Shown: positions 1 to 26,534 of the stretch, in pieces
Layout: the number at the start of each line of letters is the position of its first letter
Position numbering within the stretch: position 1 is the stretch's first letter
Assembly: GCA_050613775.1 (NCBI GenBank)
Contig: JBODTK010000014.1
Location: 310,001 to 374,000 of the forward strand
From: Neocallimastix sp. 'constans'
Lineage: Eukaryota
Reading direction: 5' to 3'
DNA: 64,000 nucleotides
Position numbers and translations under genes: made by a program
Notes under the pieces: model-generated
The model's input: the letters and a program-made list of their open reading frames with translations, nothing else
Databases searched by the model: none
What the model was told of the DNA's origin: nothing

Positions 1-75
1 TAATAAAACTACTAAATAAAATATCAAATACTTAATTTTATTCATAAATTTGTATTTGTTATATTTCTATAAAAG

Positions 76-10844
<10,769 letters not shown>

Positions 10845-11025
10845 GGAAAGAACAAAAAAAAAAAAAAAAAAAAGAATAAAAAAAAAATAAAGTTAAACAG
10901 AGTAGTAATGTCAACCTAACGATTAATATTCACAATACATTCTAATAACAATAGCAACAATAATAATAAAAAATAATAGTACCATTTTATTTTTCTTTAA
11001 TATTTATTAAAAAAATACATAATAG

Positions 11026-11073
<48 letters not shown>

Positions 11074-11480
11074 GTTAAATTTTTTATTATAATTTATATT
11101 TTATATTAGATAAGAAAAAATAAATAAATAAATAAATAAATAAATTTTTTTAAAAAAAAAAAAACTATATTATATTATATATATATTAATAAAACCTTTT
11201 TTATTTTTATTTTTATTTTTTTTTTTATTTTTATTATTATTTTATTATTTTACTTTGTTTTAGTTTTTATTATTAATATATATATAAATATATTAATTTC
11301 ATTTTATATACATATATTTTTAATCATTTTAAATAATTATTCTATATACAATTTATTTTTTATTATATTTTATTTTTTTTTTTTTTTTTTTTTTTTAATT
11401 TTTATTATTTTTTTTTTTCTCTTTCCTTTCTTTTCACCATTTCAAATTCATTCAATTACTATTATAATTATAATAAATAA

Positions 11481-11511
<31 letters not shown>

Positions 11512-11729
11512 TAAAAATAAAAATAAAATATATAAATATATATAAAAAATTTTTTTAAAAAAAAAAAAAAAATTTATATTCTGTAGATATTATAGTAGAG
11601 TTCTATAGATAAAAAAAAAAAAAATTTATTTATTATAAATCTATTGATGATTGTTATTGCTGATTGCTGATTGATGATTGTTATTGATTATTTTTCAATT
11701 ATTTAATTATTTTAATTATTATTTTATTA

Positions 11730-12366
11730 CCCTCTTTCTCCTATTTTATTCAATTTGTTTGTTCATTAATAATGTATCACTGGAGGATGGTAATTAAGTA
11801 TGGTGTATATATTTAGAATTTTTAATATTGTTGTGGTGTTGGAACTTTTTGCCGATGGTATTGTTTTAAGTTGCTCCATTCTAAACAAGCTCTTTTAAGA
11901 AAATTTTTGAATAAGGTTCATAAATAAATCTATTAAAAAAAAAAAAAAAAATTGAAATGACTTTTGGAATTAATTATAAGTGTGCTACTCTTATTGTTAA
12001 AATCGATTAACTTTATTAAACCGATAAATTAACAAAGATCTATCTATCTATCTATCTATCTATCTTTATTGGTAATAACAACAAAATTGCACTAAAAAAC
12101 TGAAAACTATAACTCTTTATCTTGGTGAATTCCTTTTGAGGAATCTTTTTATCAATTGAAACCCTATACAATCCAAATTTAACAGGTCATTTAAATGTCA
12201 AATTAAATTCATACTTTTTGGATTTCTTATAAATAAATCTATTCCTCTCCCATTGAAGAAATATATTTTAATTTTCCATTAATCTTATTAGTCTAGTCAG
12301 TCTTGTTTTTAATAGTTATACACCTTTTCTCTTTGGTTCAAATAAGAACAGATGCTCTCTAAAACT

Positions 12367-12412
<46 letters not shown>

Positions 12413-12579
12413 ATTTAACAGAGGAACTTTTATTGAAGTTATGGATTTTTAATTTAAATCTTGTCATTTTTTATGTTAGTTCTCTATGATGAAGATATTA
12501 CTCGTGAATTGAAAAATACCACCTCTTTCAGCTGTCTATGGTGCTATATCTCAATTACGCTGCTTTATTTAGAAAATGG

Positions 12580-12613
<34 letters not shown>

Positions 12614-12883
12614 ATCATGAATTATTAAATCATCTCACTAATACTATTCTTACTATGTCACATTAACTTCATGGACTAAGGAATCAAGAACTTTGGATAA
12701 GAAATGAAATGGTAAAAAAAAAAAAAAAAAAAAAAAAGTGAAATTAAAAAATTAAAAAAAAAAAAAGTGAAATTAAAAAAAAAAAAAAAAAAAGTTTTAT
12801 TGGGAAAGAGATGTAAAGAGATGTCTTCACATCCTCAAAAAGCTATAAAAAAAAAATCAAGAACTTTGGATAAGAAATTAAAT

Positions 12884-12914
<31 letters not shown>

Positions 12915-13730
12915 CAATTATTTACAAAGAGAATGATTTTAGATTTACTTCAAAAATTAAAGACTTAAACATTTCAATATCCTAAGTATCAATTAGGATT
13001 CTTTTAGATTTTCTCGAATTAGGTGTCACTTTAAAATTTGACCTTAGTATTTCCATTAAAAGAAAAAAAATAGTCTTAGAAGATTGCCCTAAAAGTTGCC
13101 CATGTTGTAATGTTTAGTGTACCTAGCTTTTCTCACTGGATCTTTTTCCTATAAAGAATTGGAAAATTTACAGAAATAAATCTTTATCCCTTTTCTAGAA
13201 TGATCTCTTTTTTGAACTTTGCAATGATAATTGAACAAAAATCCTTGGATGTTTCTTTAGATTCAGAAAAAAAAAAAAAAAAAAAAGGATTATAATAATA
13301 ATATTTATTATTTTTATATATATATTGAGTGCTCTCAATATATATATAAAAAAAAAAAAAAAACAATTAAACTTAAAGATGGGAGAACAATGGCAATTAG
13401 TAGACAATATTTTTAAACAGAGTTCAACTTCGTCGACTCTTCCGTATTTTTTAGAAATTGAGGAGTTTTTAACAAACCTGATACCATTAATTTGTCGATC
13501 TTTTTTAGATTGATGATGAAAATGGTATTCCGTTGAATCTATTGAATCTACCGTTGCTAAGAGCGTCGACGTCGAAATGATTAAGGCATGGATATTCACC
13601 TCTCGGTGAAAGATCTGATACAGATTCGGTTGATAATACTAATACTGAAATTATTACTCGCAATAATGCACGTGGTGTTATCATCAATAAATAGGGGAAA
13701 GTTAGAAACTATTGCTTCTAACGCACTTTT
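11730..13730 (+). mobile_element. Degraded non-LTR (LINE) retrotransposon: RT and C-terminal Zn-finger remnant
   Basis: Broken frames give LSPILFNLF (~11732), FAD(D>G)IVL (~11848), EMTFGI..KCATL (~11955), YLG(I)PF (~12118) and DCPKSCPCC..PSFSHWIF (~13082-13145), interrupted by stops, frameshifts and poly-A tracts. Confidence 0.8.
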
Positions 13731-16436
13731 ATAATTATATAATATATAATATTTCATTTTATGTATTTTATTTTTTATTTTTCATTTAAATCATGTTATT
13801 TTATTATTATTATAAATTAAATAAAGTATTCTCTATGTCTAATAAAAAAAAAAAAAAAAGAAAAAAATTATTTCATTATTTAATATTTAATATTTATTAT
13901 TTAATATTTTATTTATTATTTATTATTTATTATTCAATTATTTATTATTCAATTATTTATTATTTAATAGTTAATTATTTATTTATTTATTATTTATTAT
14001 TAAATTATTTATTATTTATTAATTAATATTTATTATTTAATATTTATTTATTTATTATTTATTATTTATTATTTATTATTTAATTATTATAATTTTTTAT
14101 TTATTAATTAATAAATACTCTTTTTATTATTATTTACTAATTATTATTTATTATTCAATTATTTATTATTCAATTATTTATTATTTAATAGTTAATTATT
14201 TATTATTTATTATTCAATTATTTATTATTTATTATTTAATAACATATTTATTTATTATTTAATAACATATTTATTTATTATTTAATAACATATTTATTTA
14301 TTTATTATCAATAATTTCTCTTTTCATTTAATTATAATTCTTCAAATAAAATCAATTTTCAATCACTATTATTTTACTATATATAAATAAATATACAGAA
14401 AAATTATCATAAAGAATAATATTAATATTTAAATTTTTTTTTTTTCCATTTTTTCCATTTTTCCATTTTACCTTTATCTTTTTTATCTTTTTTTTTTTTT
14501 TTTTTTTATCTTTTTCGATGATAAAGAGAAAAATGAATAATCATTATAATTTAATAATTTAATAAATTAATAATAATAATTATTGATATAAAATGAAATA
14601 TTCAAACCTTAATTAATATAAAATTAGTTTTTATTATTCAAACATAAATTAATGTCATAAATCAAATTTAAATCTAATGATTTTACAACAATTTCAATAT
14701 GTGGCTTGATTTCTATATATTAATTATATTTATAATTAATAATAAATTTTATATCATAAAATCAATGTTTTAATTATATTCTTATTATTTTATATTTATT
14801 TATATACAGTTATTAAATATTTCCTTAAATAATAATTATTAATAGTTTATTTTAATCACAAGAACAATTAATTAAATAGTTAATTATAACTAAATATCAT
14901 AAAAATAAAGCATTTCTCTGAATTAAAAGAAATGTCGCTGTCGTAAAGTTGTTTTATTAAGTCTAGTTAAGATTAAAAGTTATATTATGTTTAGTAATGT
15001 TTAGTTAGTTTGTAATTAAAAATATAAGAAAGTTATTAAATAGCCTTTTTAAATATATGTAGTTTTTAAATAAAATTAAATAAATAAATAATAAACTAAT
15101 AAATTTAATAAATAAATCCCAACAAAAGTGCATCGAACTTTTGAGCTGTATATCATTATCCATTCTTTATTATTAATACAATTTTATTTTTTTTTTATAT
15201 TTCATTATTATTATCCTTTATCAAAACATTATGGCACTATCAGCATGTTGCATAATCAACTCTTTTTCCATTTTTACAAATGATTATTTAAAATAATAAA
15301 ATTTATTATATTTCAGTAATTCAAACGAAATGAAACCTAAATCTGTAAAATAAATATAATTTATTATTATTATTATTATCTATTTTATATACAGAAATGA
15401 AAGAAAAAAGAATTTTTTTCTTTATATTTATTTTAGTTATAGAAGGATTTATCCTATAAATGGAAAGTATTATTAGTCACACAAAAAATAATTTATATAC
15501 AATTCATTTTTATATTAAAATACCAAGTAATTTAATTAATTAGTAGATAAATATATAAATAATTTAATAAATAAATTAATGCTTAAATTTTAAATAATGA
15601 AATAATGAAATAAATAAATATTGGTTTTATTAAATAAAAATTGGAAAATAAATTTTAAATAATAATGAAATTAATAAAAGATAATTAAAATATTTCAATA
15701 TTAATTAATTATTAAATAACAAAAAAATAATTTTCTTAATTTAATAATATTAAAAAAATAATAACAAATAGATAATAAATATTATTATAAATTAGATAAT
15801 AATTATAAATTAGATTATTATACAAAAAATATTATATATATATATAATATTAAACTTAATTCTTTATTTTTTTTTTTTTTTTTAAACTTTTTCTCCTTTC
15901 AGCACAGAATATAATTTATAATGGGAATAGAATTTGAAAAGAGATCATAGAAATAGGAATTGGGAATATTCTCTAATTATATGATTTTCATTAAAAAAAA
16001 TTTTTTTTATATTAATTAAATATAATAATATAATAATTTAATATAATAAAAAAGAAAAAAAAAATTTTTTTTTTGTTTTTGTTTTGTTTTAATAAACAAA
16101 AAAAAAAATGAACACAAAGTCATAAAAGCAGAGAAAATTAATTATTTTAAAATGGCAATAAAGTAATGAGTAATAATAAAATTATACAAATTTAATATTA
16201 CTATTCATTTTATTATTATTATTATTAAACTTTTAATTATTATTAATAAAACCTTTTATGTTTATTAATTAACTTTATATTATTATTAATAAACCTTTAA
16301 TTATTATTATCATTATTATTATCATTATTATTATAATTATTATTATAATTATTATTTTTTTATTAATTAATGATATATATAATATTTTTAATCAATCAAA
16401 ATAAATATACTATTTTTTTTTATTTTATTATTCTTT

Positions 16437-16471
<35 letters not shown>

Positions 16472-16866
16472 TTATTTTTCATTACATAATAAATATTAAA
16501 TTGTTCAATAATTAATAATTAATAATAATATCATTAATCTTATTAATCAAATTATGATTTTTTATTATCAAAATATTTCTATTTTATAACTATTTAAAAT
16601 AGTTTAAAAAGATTTCATATCAAATTATTAAAAGTTTAACAATAATATTATTTTTTTTTTATTTTTTTTTTATTTCATTATTTTATTATTTTATTTTCTT
16701 TAATCTTTAATAATATTCACTGTGTAATTATTCATTGAATATTATTTAAAAAAAAAAAATTCCATTACTTTATATAATTATGTTGTATCCCCAATTATTG
16801 TTTTATATTTAAAACATTTAAACTTTTTTTTATTTTTTATTATATATTTGTTATTTGTATTCTCTT

Positions 16867-16903
<37 letters not shown>

Positions 16904-19840
16904 TTTTTTAATTTCTTTTACTGATAGAATGTAAATTCAGATGGTATTTCATTTTATAACAGCAACCAGTTACAGCAACTATAACAAAAAATAATAAAAT
17001 ATTTATTTAATTATTAAAAGAGATTAATTAAACTTAAATACTCTTTTTATTATTCAATTATTCCATTATTCAATTTATTTATTATTGATTATTTAATTAT
17101 TTAATTATTTATTATTCAATATTTAATATTTATTATCTGTTATTCAATTATTCCATTATTGATTCAATTATCTATTTATTCCATTATTAATGTTAATTCA
17201 TCATTTTCATCAATTTATGAGGTTTAAAACTTAAAAAAAAATTTTAATTTGGATTTAATTTAATGAAAAAAAAAAAAAAAATCCAATTTATTATATTTTA
17301 GGGAGTAAAAGCTTATTTACTATTAAAATAAATTTTGTATTTATTTTGTATCTAATTTTTATTTTCCATTTCTTTAATTAAATCTTTTTTTTTTTTTTTT
17401 AATTGTTTGTACTTGTTTGTACTTGTTTATGTTGATTTTATTTATTTTAATTTATTTAGAGATGAAATGAAATCTTTTTTACTTGTTTGTACTTGTTTTT
17501 GTTGATTTTATTGATTTTATTTATTTTAACTTATTTAGAGATGAATAAAATAATAGGATAAAAAGAGCAAAATAAGGAACAATTTAATATTTAAATAATA
17601 ACAGTCATTAATAAAATTTTAGTATTCTTTCTCTCTTTTCATTAAATTATATAATTGTTTTAAATATATTTATATATTTAAATGGTACTTGTGCGGTGTT
17701 AAAAGTCGGTCAAAAATAAAAAAATTTTTTTTTGTTAATATTTTTTGATTCTTTTAAAAAAAAAAATTCATAATTTTACTATAGAATATTAAATTATTAA
17801 TTAGTTTAATTACTAATACAATTTTCAATTAATAAAAATTAGGGGAATTATTAATATGAAATTTTATAATTATGTTATATTATATATTATATATATATAC
17901 ATTATTTAATTATTTCATTATTTACTATTTATTATTTATTATAAATTAATTATTAATAAATACTCTTTTTATTATTATTTAATATTTATTCTTTATTATT
18001 TATATATATATATATAGAATTCAAATGTTTTATAAATTCAATATTTTATAGAAAGAGTAAAAAGGTTTTAAGTCAAGTCAATTTCCCATATTAATCATAG
18101 CAACACATACACTGTATATATGGTTCAATTTAAATTTAAATTGACATGTTTCTATTTAAATAAAAAAAAAAAAACATAATAAATAAATATATATATCATG
18201 TCTTAACTTTTTATTTTTACTTTTTTTTTTTTTTTTTTAATATTTAAAAGGTTTTTCGATTTTCTTTTTTTTTTTTTTTTTTTTTTTTACTTTATTTCCA
18301 TTCATTTCTAATATATTATTCTAATATATTAATAAAAGATGATCTATTATGAATATAATCTAATATATGTAGACTTAATTAATAAAAGTTTTTATATAAT
18401 TTTTATTTAATTATATTAAATTTTGTTTATTTTATGACAAATAAATACTTTTAATAATTTTATAATTCTTTTTTTTTCAATTTATATGCCTTAATAGGAA
18501 TATAGAATACTTTATTTATTTAGATATAACAAATGCATTTATTTAATTCTAATATAATGATTATATTGGAATTATTTAAATTTCATGATATTCATTGATA
18601 TATGTATTTGGTAAATGGCCCATTTGATATATCTTCCAACCAATATAAAAAATAAATTAAAAGTATTGTATTCATTAGTTGACACCTAAAATTTTAATCC
18701 TAAATTTATATTAAATAAAGTTTTTTTTCCATTTTGTTAGAAATAAAGTTTAATGAATGGATATTATTACTGTTGTAAATCAAAAAACCATAAATTAAAA
18801 TACTTTATAAAAATAACATTTTAAGTTAATTAAAAATAATTAAATGGAAAGATTTAATTCAAAGAAAAGAAACATTATTATAAAATTAAAATTAACAAAA
18901 GATTATATAAAAGGAATTCATTTTTTCTTTTTTATAATTCTTTTTTTTTTTTTTTTTTTATAAAAAATTAAAAAGAAAAAAAATTATTATATATAAATAT
19001 ACATATATGTATTTTATTGATAGAAACATATGTATATTTATATATTTAAAAAATATATTTAAAAAATTTTAAATTTTTTTTTTTTTTTTAAAGTATAAAA
19101 TTAAAAATATCAAAATTTGATATTCATAATATTTAATATACTAGAAAAATTAAAGAATATATCTCAATTATATTTATTTTTTATTATTTTTTTTTAATGT
19201 TGAAAAATATTTATTATATTATACTATTTTAAGAATTATTTTATTTATTTATTTATTTTATTATTATTATTATTTTTTTTACGTTTTTCATTGTAAAATA
19301 ATAAAATAGTACTTTATATTTTTTATTTATTTTTTTTTTGAAAAAAAAAATGAATAGTATTGATATATAAATATTTTTTATAAATCAACATAGAAAAGAA
19401 TTTAGTAATTCATATTTTTTAAAATTTCTAATACCGTATTAGTTATTATAATAACAACAAATAATAAAGAAATTTTATAAAATAGTGAATAATATTTATT
19501 TATTTATTAAAAATTCTTTATGTTAAGAAAAAATAATAATAATAATAATAATTAAAGGTTAAACAAAAATTATTGATAAATACTAATAAATATCTACTAA
19601 TTAATTGAAAATAATAATTAATGAATAATACAATATCTGTAATATAGTATATCTAATAGTATCAAGAAAGAAAAAACAAAATATGTAAAAATTTTATATT
19701 ATATTTATTACTTTTTATAATATTATATTTTTTTAATACATATTAAAAATATTATTATAATTTTAAAAAAATTATAATTATTATTAAAAAAAAAAAAAGA
19801 TAAATAATTAATATTTTTAAAATAAATAATAGATAACATT

Positions 19841-22712
19841 ATGGATTATTCAGAAAATAATCAAAATAAAAAAAAATGGAGACTTTCTCACACCATGAAA
19901 ATATACCTTTTAACTTTACTTATAACTTATGGGGTGGTACCATCTATAATTGTCCTGGTTATTAGGTATTGTCTCTGATTATTACTTTATATATATAAAA
20001 TCATTTCATCTTAATATAAAATTTTTATATAATATTTTTTTATTTTTTTATTTTTTTTTTTTTTTATGGTAATAAATATAGTAAAATTATAATAATAAAA
20101 AAATTATAAACATATATATTTTATAATATATATATATATAGAAATTTAGGTAATCTCAAATTTATGCCTCATACTTTTAGAAATAAGCAAAAACCTATCA
20201 GTTTAGAACTTGCTGGAATGATATCTTTATTACTTTTAATCATTTATGTATTTTTTTTGTATATATTTTGGAAAAAAAGAAATCATCCTTTAATAAACTA
20301 TCGTCCTATCTTACTTTGTATAAACACTGGTTTTTGGAGTGGTGTTTATAACGTTTTATTACCTGTAAGTTATTTTGGTAATAATATAAATAATAAATAT
20401 AATATAATACCTTATATAAATTTATTAATTTAATAAATATATATATATATATATATAATTCCTTTGTTTATTTATTATAATTTAAAATTAAAACTATTAA
20501 AATTTTTTGTAATTAATATTAATATATATATACCTATTTATATATATATATTTATATATAAATTTTTTTTAAAAAAAAAATTAAAAAAAAAAAAAAAAAA
20601 AAGATTGTATTAGCAATTACAGAAAAAAGAAAAAAGGAATCTATAGATAATACTAGTCTATGTTTGATTCCTTTAATACTAACTATTCTTCTTGCCCCAA
20701 TGAGTATGATGTCTAATTTATCAAGATATGTAAAGTTATTTTTATTAAATAAAAGAGATGTTAGTAGATTAAAGTTATTTAATGAAAAACAAAATTCCTC
20801 ATTTCCAATTAATAATAATGGCTTTGAACCAAATATGTATGTCAAACGTTTAAATAAATTAGTTAGTCGACAAATTACCATAAGACTCTTCATTATTCCT
20901 TATATTATTTTAATTAGTTTAGGAGGTGTTATCATTTCTTATAAATATTTCTCTGATAAATATAATGATCAATGTCAAGACGTAAATCACTACATCTATC
21001 TTGAAGATGGAAGGAAAATTAAGGATGATAATTCAAATTGTGGTTTATGTAATCAAGGCTTTATATTATATGCTCCAATTTTGTTTTTATCCTTAATCAC
21101 CAGTTTTATCATTCCATATATTTATATTAAACTCTATCATGTACTTAATTTTGTAAATAAACTTGATATCATTTTACACTTACTAGGATTATATGCAGGT
21201 ACTTTTCTTTTTATAAGTACATTATTCTCCATCAGTTATAAGAACGCTATTGTCAATGAAAATTCCGAAAGTAATATAAGATTTTATTTATTATCTCGAA
21301 TGAAAAATAATCAATTATTTTTTATCATTCCTGGATTTGTTTCATTTATTTGTGCGGTGATCATTCCTTTAATTGAAGTTTGGTATTTCGATAAAAAAAT
21401 TAAAGATAAAAAATTACTTACGAAAATGGAATTCACTAAACTTTTAATGAAAAGTAATTACATTGATTCCTTGAAATCTCTTGCTGTTAAATCTTACTGT
21501 GTGGAGGTTATTCTTTTCTGGGATGTTCATATGAAGTTAATGAAGCAAGTCTACAACGAATATATTAAGATTTATGAGGAGAAACAATCTCTTTATAATC
21601 CCGTGAATCCTTCCTATAAATCACCTATTGGTAGAGGAGATAGTGATCCAAGAATTGGTAATTGCAATAACAACCATTACAACAACATCAATAATAATTA
21701 TAATAACAGCAACGATAATTACAACTCTAACTATAACAGCAACGACGGAAACTATTATAATAATGGTAGTAATAAAAATAATAGTTTAACAAAGAAGTCA
21801 GGTAAAACCATTTCTTCTCCTCATCAATCCAATAATGATTTATTATTGAATTTAAATAAAAATATCTTTGGTAGAGATAATGAAAGAATTCTTTATGCTG
21901 GTTGTGGCTCTAATAGCATAAACAGTAATCTTTCTGATTTAATTAATAATATTGTAGATGAAAGCTCGTATCATCAAATTAATTATTATGAAAGTCAAAC
22001 AGAGAGTACCATATTAAGTTCTAGTAGTATTAGTAGAAGTGGTAGTAACCAAAACAGAGAATATAGTTTAGATGATATGGATCATAATCTTCATTATCAG
22101 AGACTACCTAGTAATACTCTATTCGATTCAAGTTTTCCTTACAACTCTAAATCTTATATGAATCAAGGTAATGATAATGGTGGTTATGATGATAATAAAT
22201 GTCTTCATAAAATAAATAGTTTACAGAGTTCCCACAGTACCTTATCTCCATTACCTTATGTAAGTTATTCTGAGGTTATGAATAGTGATAAAGCAGGTCT
22301 TCTTAATCATTCTGAATTTCATAATTTAAATAACATGAACGATTCAACTCATGATATCATAAATGCTTCTAAAAGAAATGGTAGTTTAAATAGAATGACC
22401 AGTTCGTACAATCAAATCAATAGAAAAAATCCAAATTATGATGGTCATACAGATATCTATTATGAACTTTTTAATGTAAATCCAGAAGAGGTTGAATTAC
22501 CTAAAGAATTTTGGAGTGAATTTAATAAAGTCTATCATTCTTTCATATCAGATAAAAGTTTAGCTACTGTTAATCTTGATGATAATATATCCATTAAATT
22601 AGATCAAGCGATTAAATATGAAAGATATACCATTGATATGTTTTTCCCAGCTATAGCAGAAACTGTTAATTTAATTTATCAAAATTTGTATCCAAAAATA
22701 GTTGTTAACTAA
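19841..22712 (+). CDS. 7TM-RGS protein (GPCR-like membrane domain plus regulator of G-protein signalling domain), 3 exons: 19841-19965, 20142-20364, 20604-22712 (~818 aa)
   Basis: The exons join in frame across GT..AG introns. There are 7-8 hydrophobic helices with RNHPLINYRP after TM1. RGS N-half: IDSLKSLAVKSYCVEVILFWD. RGS C-half: VYHSFISDKSLATVNLD..DMFFPAIAETVNLIYQNLYPK. Confidence 0.82.
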
Positions 22713-23187
22713 AATTTATTTAAAAAAAAAAAAATAAAAAAATAAAATAAAAAAAAAAAAAAAAAAAAAAAGGATAAAAAGTTAAATAAAATTTAAATAA
22801 AATTAAAATAGAATATAAATAGAATTAAAATAGAATTAAAATAGAATTAAAATAATCATTATGATAATAATTCTTATAATAATTATATTAATAATAATTA
22901 TGATAATAATAATAATAATAATAATTAATAAAATTAAATAAAATAAAAATAAAATATAATAAAAAATAAAATATAATAAAAAATAAAATATAATAAAAAA
23001 AAAAAAACATTAAATTTAAATATAAGTAGAAATATATAAAAAATATATGTATATATATATAATATTAATGATAATATTAAAAACAAGAAGAAGAAAAAGT
23101 GAGGAAAAATAAATATTAAAAACAAAAAATAGAGTAAAAAAGATTCATAGCTAGTCCTCCTAATACATTTTACACAAATAATAATAA

Positions 23188-26100
23188 TCATTCATTACAC
23201 AACGAATTTAAGGAAATTGAATCTCCTTGATAGCCCTTCTCCTGGTTTAAGGGAGAGTTTAGTTCCATATTTTTAATGTCATTTTCATCAAAATTAATCA
23301 AATATACACTGTTTGAATATTCAGACTTAGATAGCATTGCTTTAAAATCATTAATAGTTCCATTGAAATTCATGATAAAGGAAGCACTTTCTTCTTCACT
23401 AAATTTATTATTGTATTTTTCAAAAAGTTGAGATAATATTTTCCAAACATCGGTGATTTTTTCAGCATTATTGTGCAAATATTTGGGATTAGAAATATCA
23501 TTATAATTATCATAGTATGGTAAAATATTTTTTTTATCGATATTTTTTTTCTTTAAATAATTTCAATGAATTAATTAAATTACTCTCAATATTTTTATCC
23601 GATGATATACTCACGATGCTATCACATGAACTCCCAGAGCTATTTTCCCTTTTTGTTTTTTTGCACAATTCCTAACCTTTGGCACATTTTATAATCATTA
23701 GTTTTTTGAAACTACCTTATTAAGTAATACAAATTCATTATCTAATTGATATAAATGGGCTGCGTTAATTCCAATACCATTTATTGTACCTGGAATATTT
23801 ACTGCAAAAATATGTTCATAAATACCATTACCAACAGTAAACATTAACGTTTTATGTATAAATCTTTAGAATTGTTACTATTTTCTAATGGACGATTTAG
23901 ATAATTCCCAGTAATTTTTCTAAAATTGAAGAATAGAGGTTTCGTATTTTCATTAACAGTATTATTAAAAAATCCGATATAAGGGTGAATATATTTTTCC
24001 TTTAAAAAATGCATTTTTAATGCGTCATTATTAATATTTTCAATGTTTTCATTCTCATACTTACTTAAATCTTTCGTAATAGATAAGTATTGTTCGTTAT
24101 ATTTTAGACATGGGGTAATAGAATTATCAAAATAATTTAGTAAGTCATTAAACTTTCTAAGAACATTATAGGATTGACTAATAGCTCTATTCACACTTTG
24201 AATAATTCTATTTAAGTCATTAGTTACATTATTACTAATTGCATTTACTACATAATTTTTAAATTCATTGTAATAACTTTTATCTAATACATTATTTTTA
24301 TTTGTGAACTCTTTTAGGGTGAAACCTTTTCCTAAACAATTATCTAAAACATATTTTAAATTTTCTCTTATATTAACATCATGTTCATTATCGTATCTGA
24401 ATTTAATATAATCATACTGTGCTCTATAATTAACTGTAATTTTTTTTATATTTTACATTTCCCCCATTTTTTAATGAATTTAGTATTTCAGTGAATATTT
24501 TTCGATTGTTATATGAATTAATAGAAATATCAACTATATTGTACTGTAATATTTTATTAGCCCAACGATTTGGATCTGTAAAATCATGTAATTTCTTTCG
24601 TCCATCATTATTATTATTATTAATGGTTAAATAATTATATAAATTTGCTAATTATTGTGGTAAATTTGTATTTTTTTGATCATCTGACATTACATTAATT
24701 AAATAATCTAATACATCAACCCCCTTTATTGTTTACATCATCTTGCTTTAATATATATTTACAAACCCCATTTTTATTAATTCTATTTAAATCAGCAACA
24801 TTAGTATCAGGATCTTTGTACTGATATCCTTTCATTTTATATTCAGTAATTAATGTCCCTAAATTAATATCATCAGCTTGAGGTATATATATATTTTACC
24901 TTTAAATTTAGGATCCCTGAATACGACTCCTGTTTTTATATTGAATGCTAAAGATTTATCTTCAAAATAACCTTTATTTGAAGGATCGTTAATATGATAA
25001 TTTTTTCTTCCAAAAAATTTATGAATACTTTCCATATTCCTTCTTGTTTCATCATTTGAACAAAAAGACATAGCATATAAATCTTTAAAAATAGTATTTA
25101 AATTGTTACGGTTTGATATTTTTGCTAAAACCTTTTTAACATTTTCGTTAGATCCATTTAAGTGCAAATTCAGTACCAGGATTGGAATTTATATGTCTCT
25201 GTAAATCATTAATAAAATTATCTATTTCAGATGTAGTTAATTTAGAAGACTTAACATTACCCTTTAACATAGTTGATAATTTTGTGATATCTTCAGAATT
25301 TAATGATGGTTTTGTTGAAAACAAATTTTTAATTAAATTAAAATCAAAAATATTATTTTGACGGTTATATTCAGTTTGTTCTGGAATTTAATACCATTTC
25401 TATACTATTATTAATTTCATTATTACTAAATGAAACATTTTGGTTAGGATTACTATTTGATTTTGATATATATAAATCAATTAAATTAGAAGCTATATTA
25501 TTAGCTAATCTTAATTTTTTGTTCAATTGTTAAATCATAATTATTATCGTTTGCATAGGTTTCCAATTTATCAAACATATATTGTTTTAATAAAATATTA
25601 GTAGTATTAATTTGTTCTTTTTCATCAGAACTGAGATTTCTAATAATTGAATTTCCTCTTATTCTATTGCATTCATTTAAATAATCATTAATAATATTAT
25701 TATTACCATGATTACTTGAATCGGTAAATAAATTATTTAAAGAAGTTACATGACTATTTATATTTGTATTAAAAATAGGAAGAATTTTATAAAAATATAC
25801 TTCTTTTGAAGCAAAATCGTTATCCACTTCATATTCATATTTTCCATCACTACTTAAACTTTTTATTACAGTAATTGGATGAGCAGTTGTAATTTTATTA
25901 TAACTATCATTTATTAATAAATGATATCTTTCAATGCCATTAATAATACTTTTGAAAATACTAACAAGGAAAGTCTTAGAACTTGGATGGTTTGTAAAAT
26001 AACTTTTACATATATCGTCATTTTTACATTGTAAAAATATTCCCGATAAATCTTCTTTACTAATATAATCTATGGGTTCATTAATGTAGCTTGTTTCATC

Positions 26101-26318
26101 TAAATGTTCTCTATTACTATAATTTGTATTTCCTTTATTTTCAGGAAAATCATTTCTTGAAGCATCATTTACATATTTCATAATTTCTTTCCAATACTGA
26201 CATAAGTATTTCCCCTTCATTATTCTCAGATAATTATGTTAAAAAATTGTATATTTATCCGAAAAATGGTAATGGTGGTGATTATATTAAAGAAATTAAA
26301 ATTTTCAATTAAGCTCAT
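23188..26318 (-). pseudogene. Large (~1000 codon) frameshifted intronless ORF of unknown function, presumed viral
   Basis: Successive minus-strand ORF pieces (25501-26220, 24859-25167, 23844-24194, MFTVGNGIYEHIFAVNIPG.. at ~23700-23843, 23188-23478) are linked by coding-like sequence with frameshifts and no splice signals. It could be more than one gene. Confidence 0.55.
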
Positions 26319-26534
26319 ATTAAAGTATTTGATATACAATAATTTCGCTTTTTACGAAATATTTTATATTTTGACATATTATAAAAAAAAATTTAATAAT
26401 ATTTCTTTGTCAATTTTAATAATATTTTTTCATTTAAAATTTTTTAAGTTTATATAGTATAGAAATATAAATATTATTTAATTTTTAAAAATGAAATATT
26501 TAAATAATAAGTAATTGTAAAGTTTTATTAAACA

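Noticed and set aside
13750..19800. 6-kb AT-rich stretch with TTA/TTAT repeats and small local duplications (e.g. 17400-17540)
   Set aside because: Low-complexity intergenic DNA; no supportable ORF, RNA gene or repeat-spacer array.
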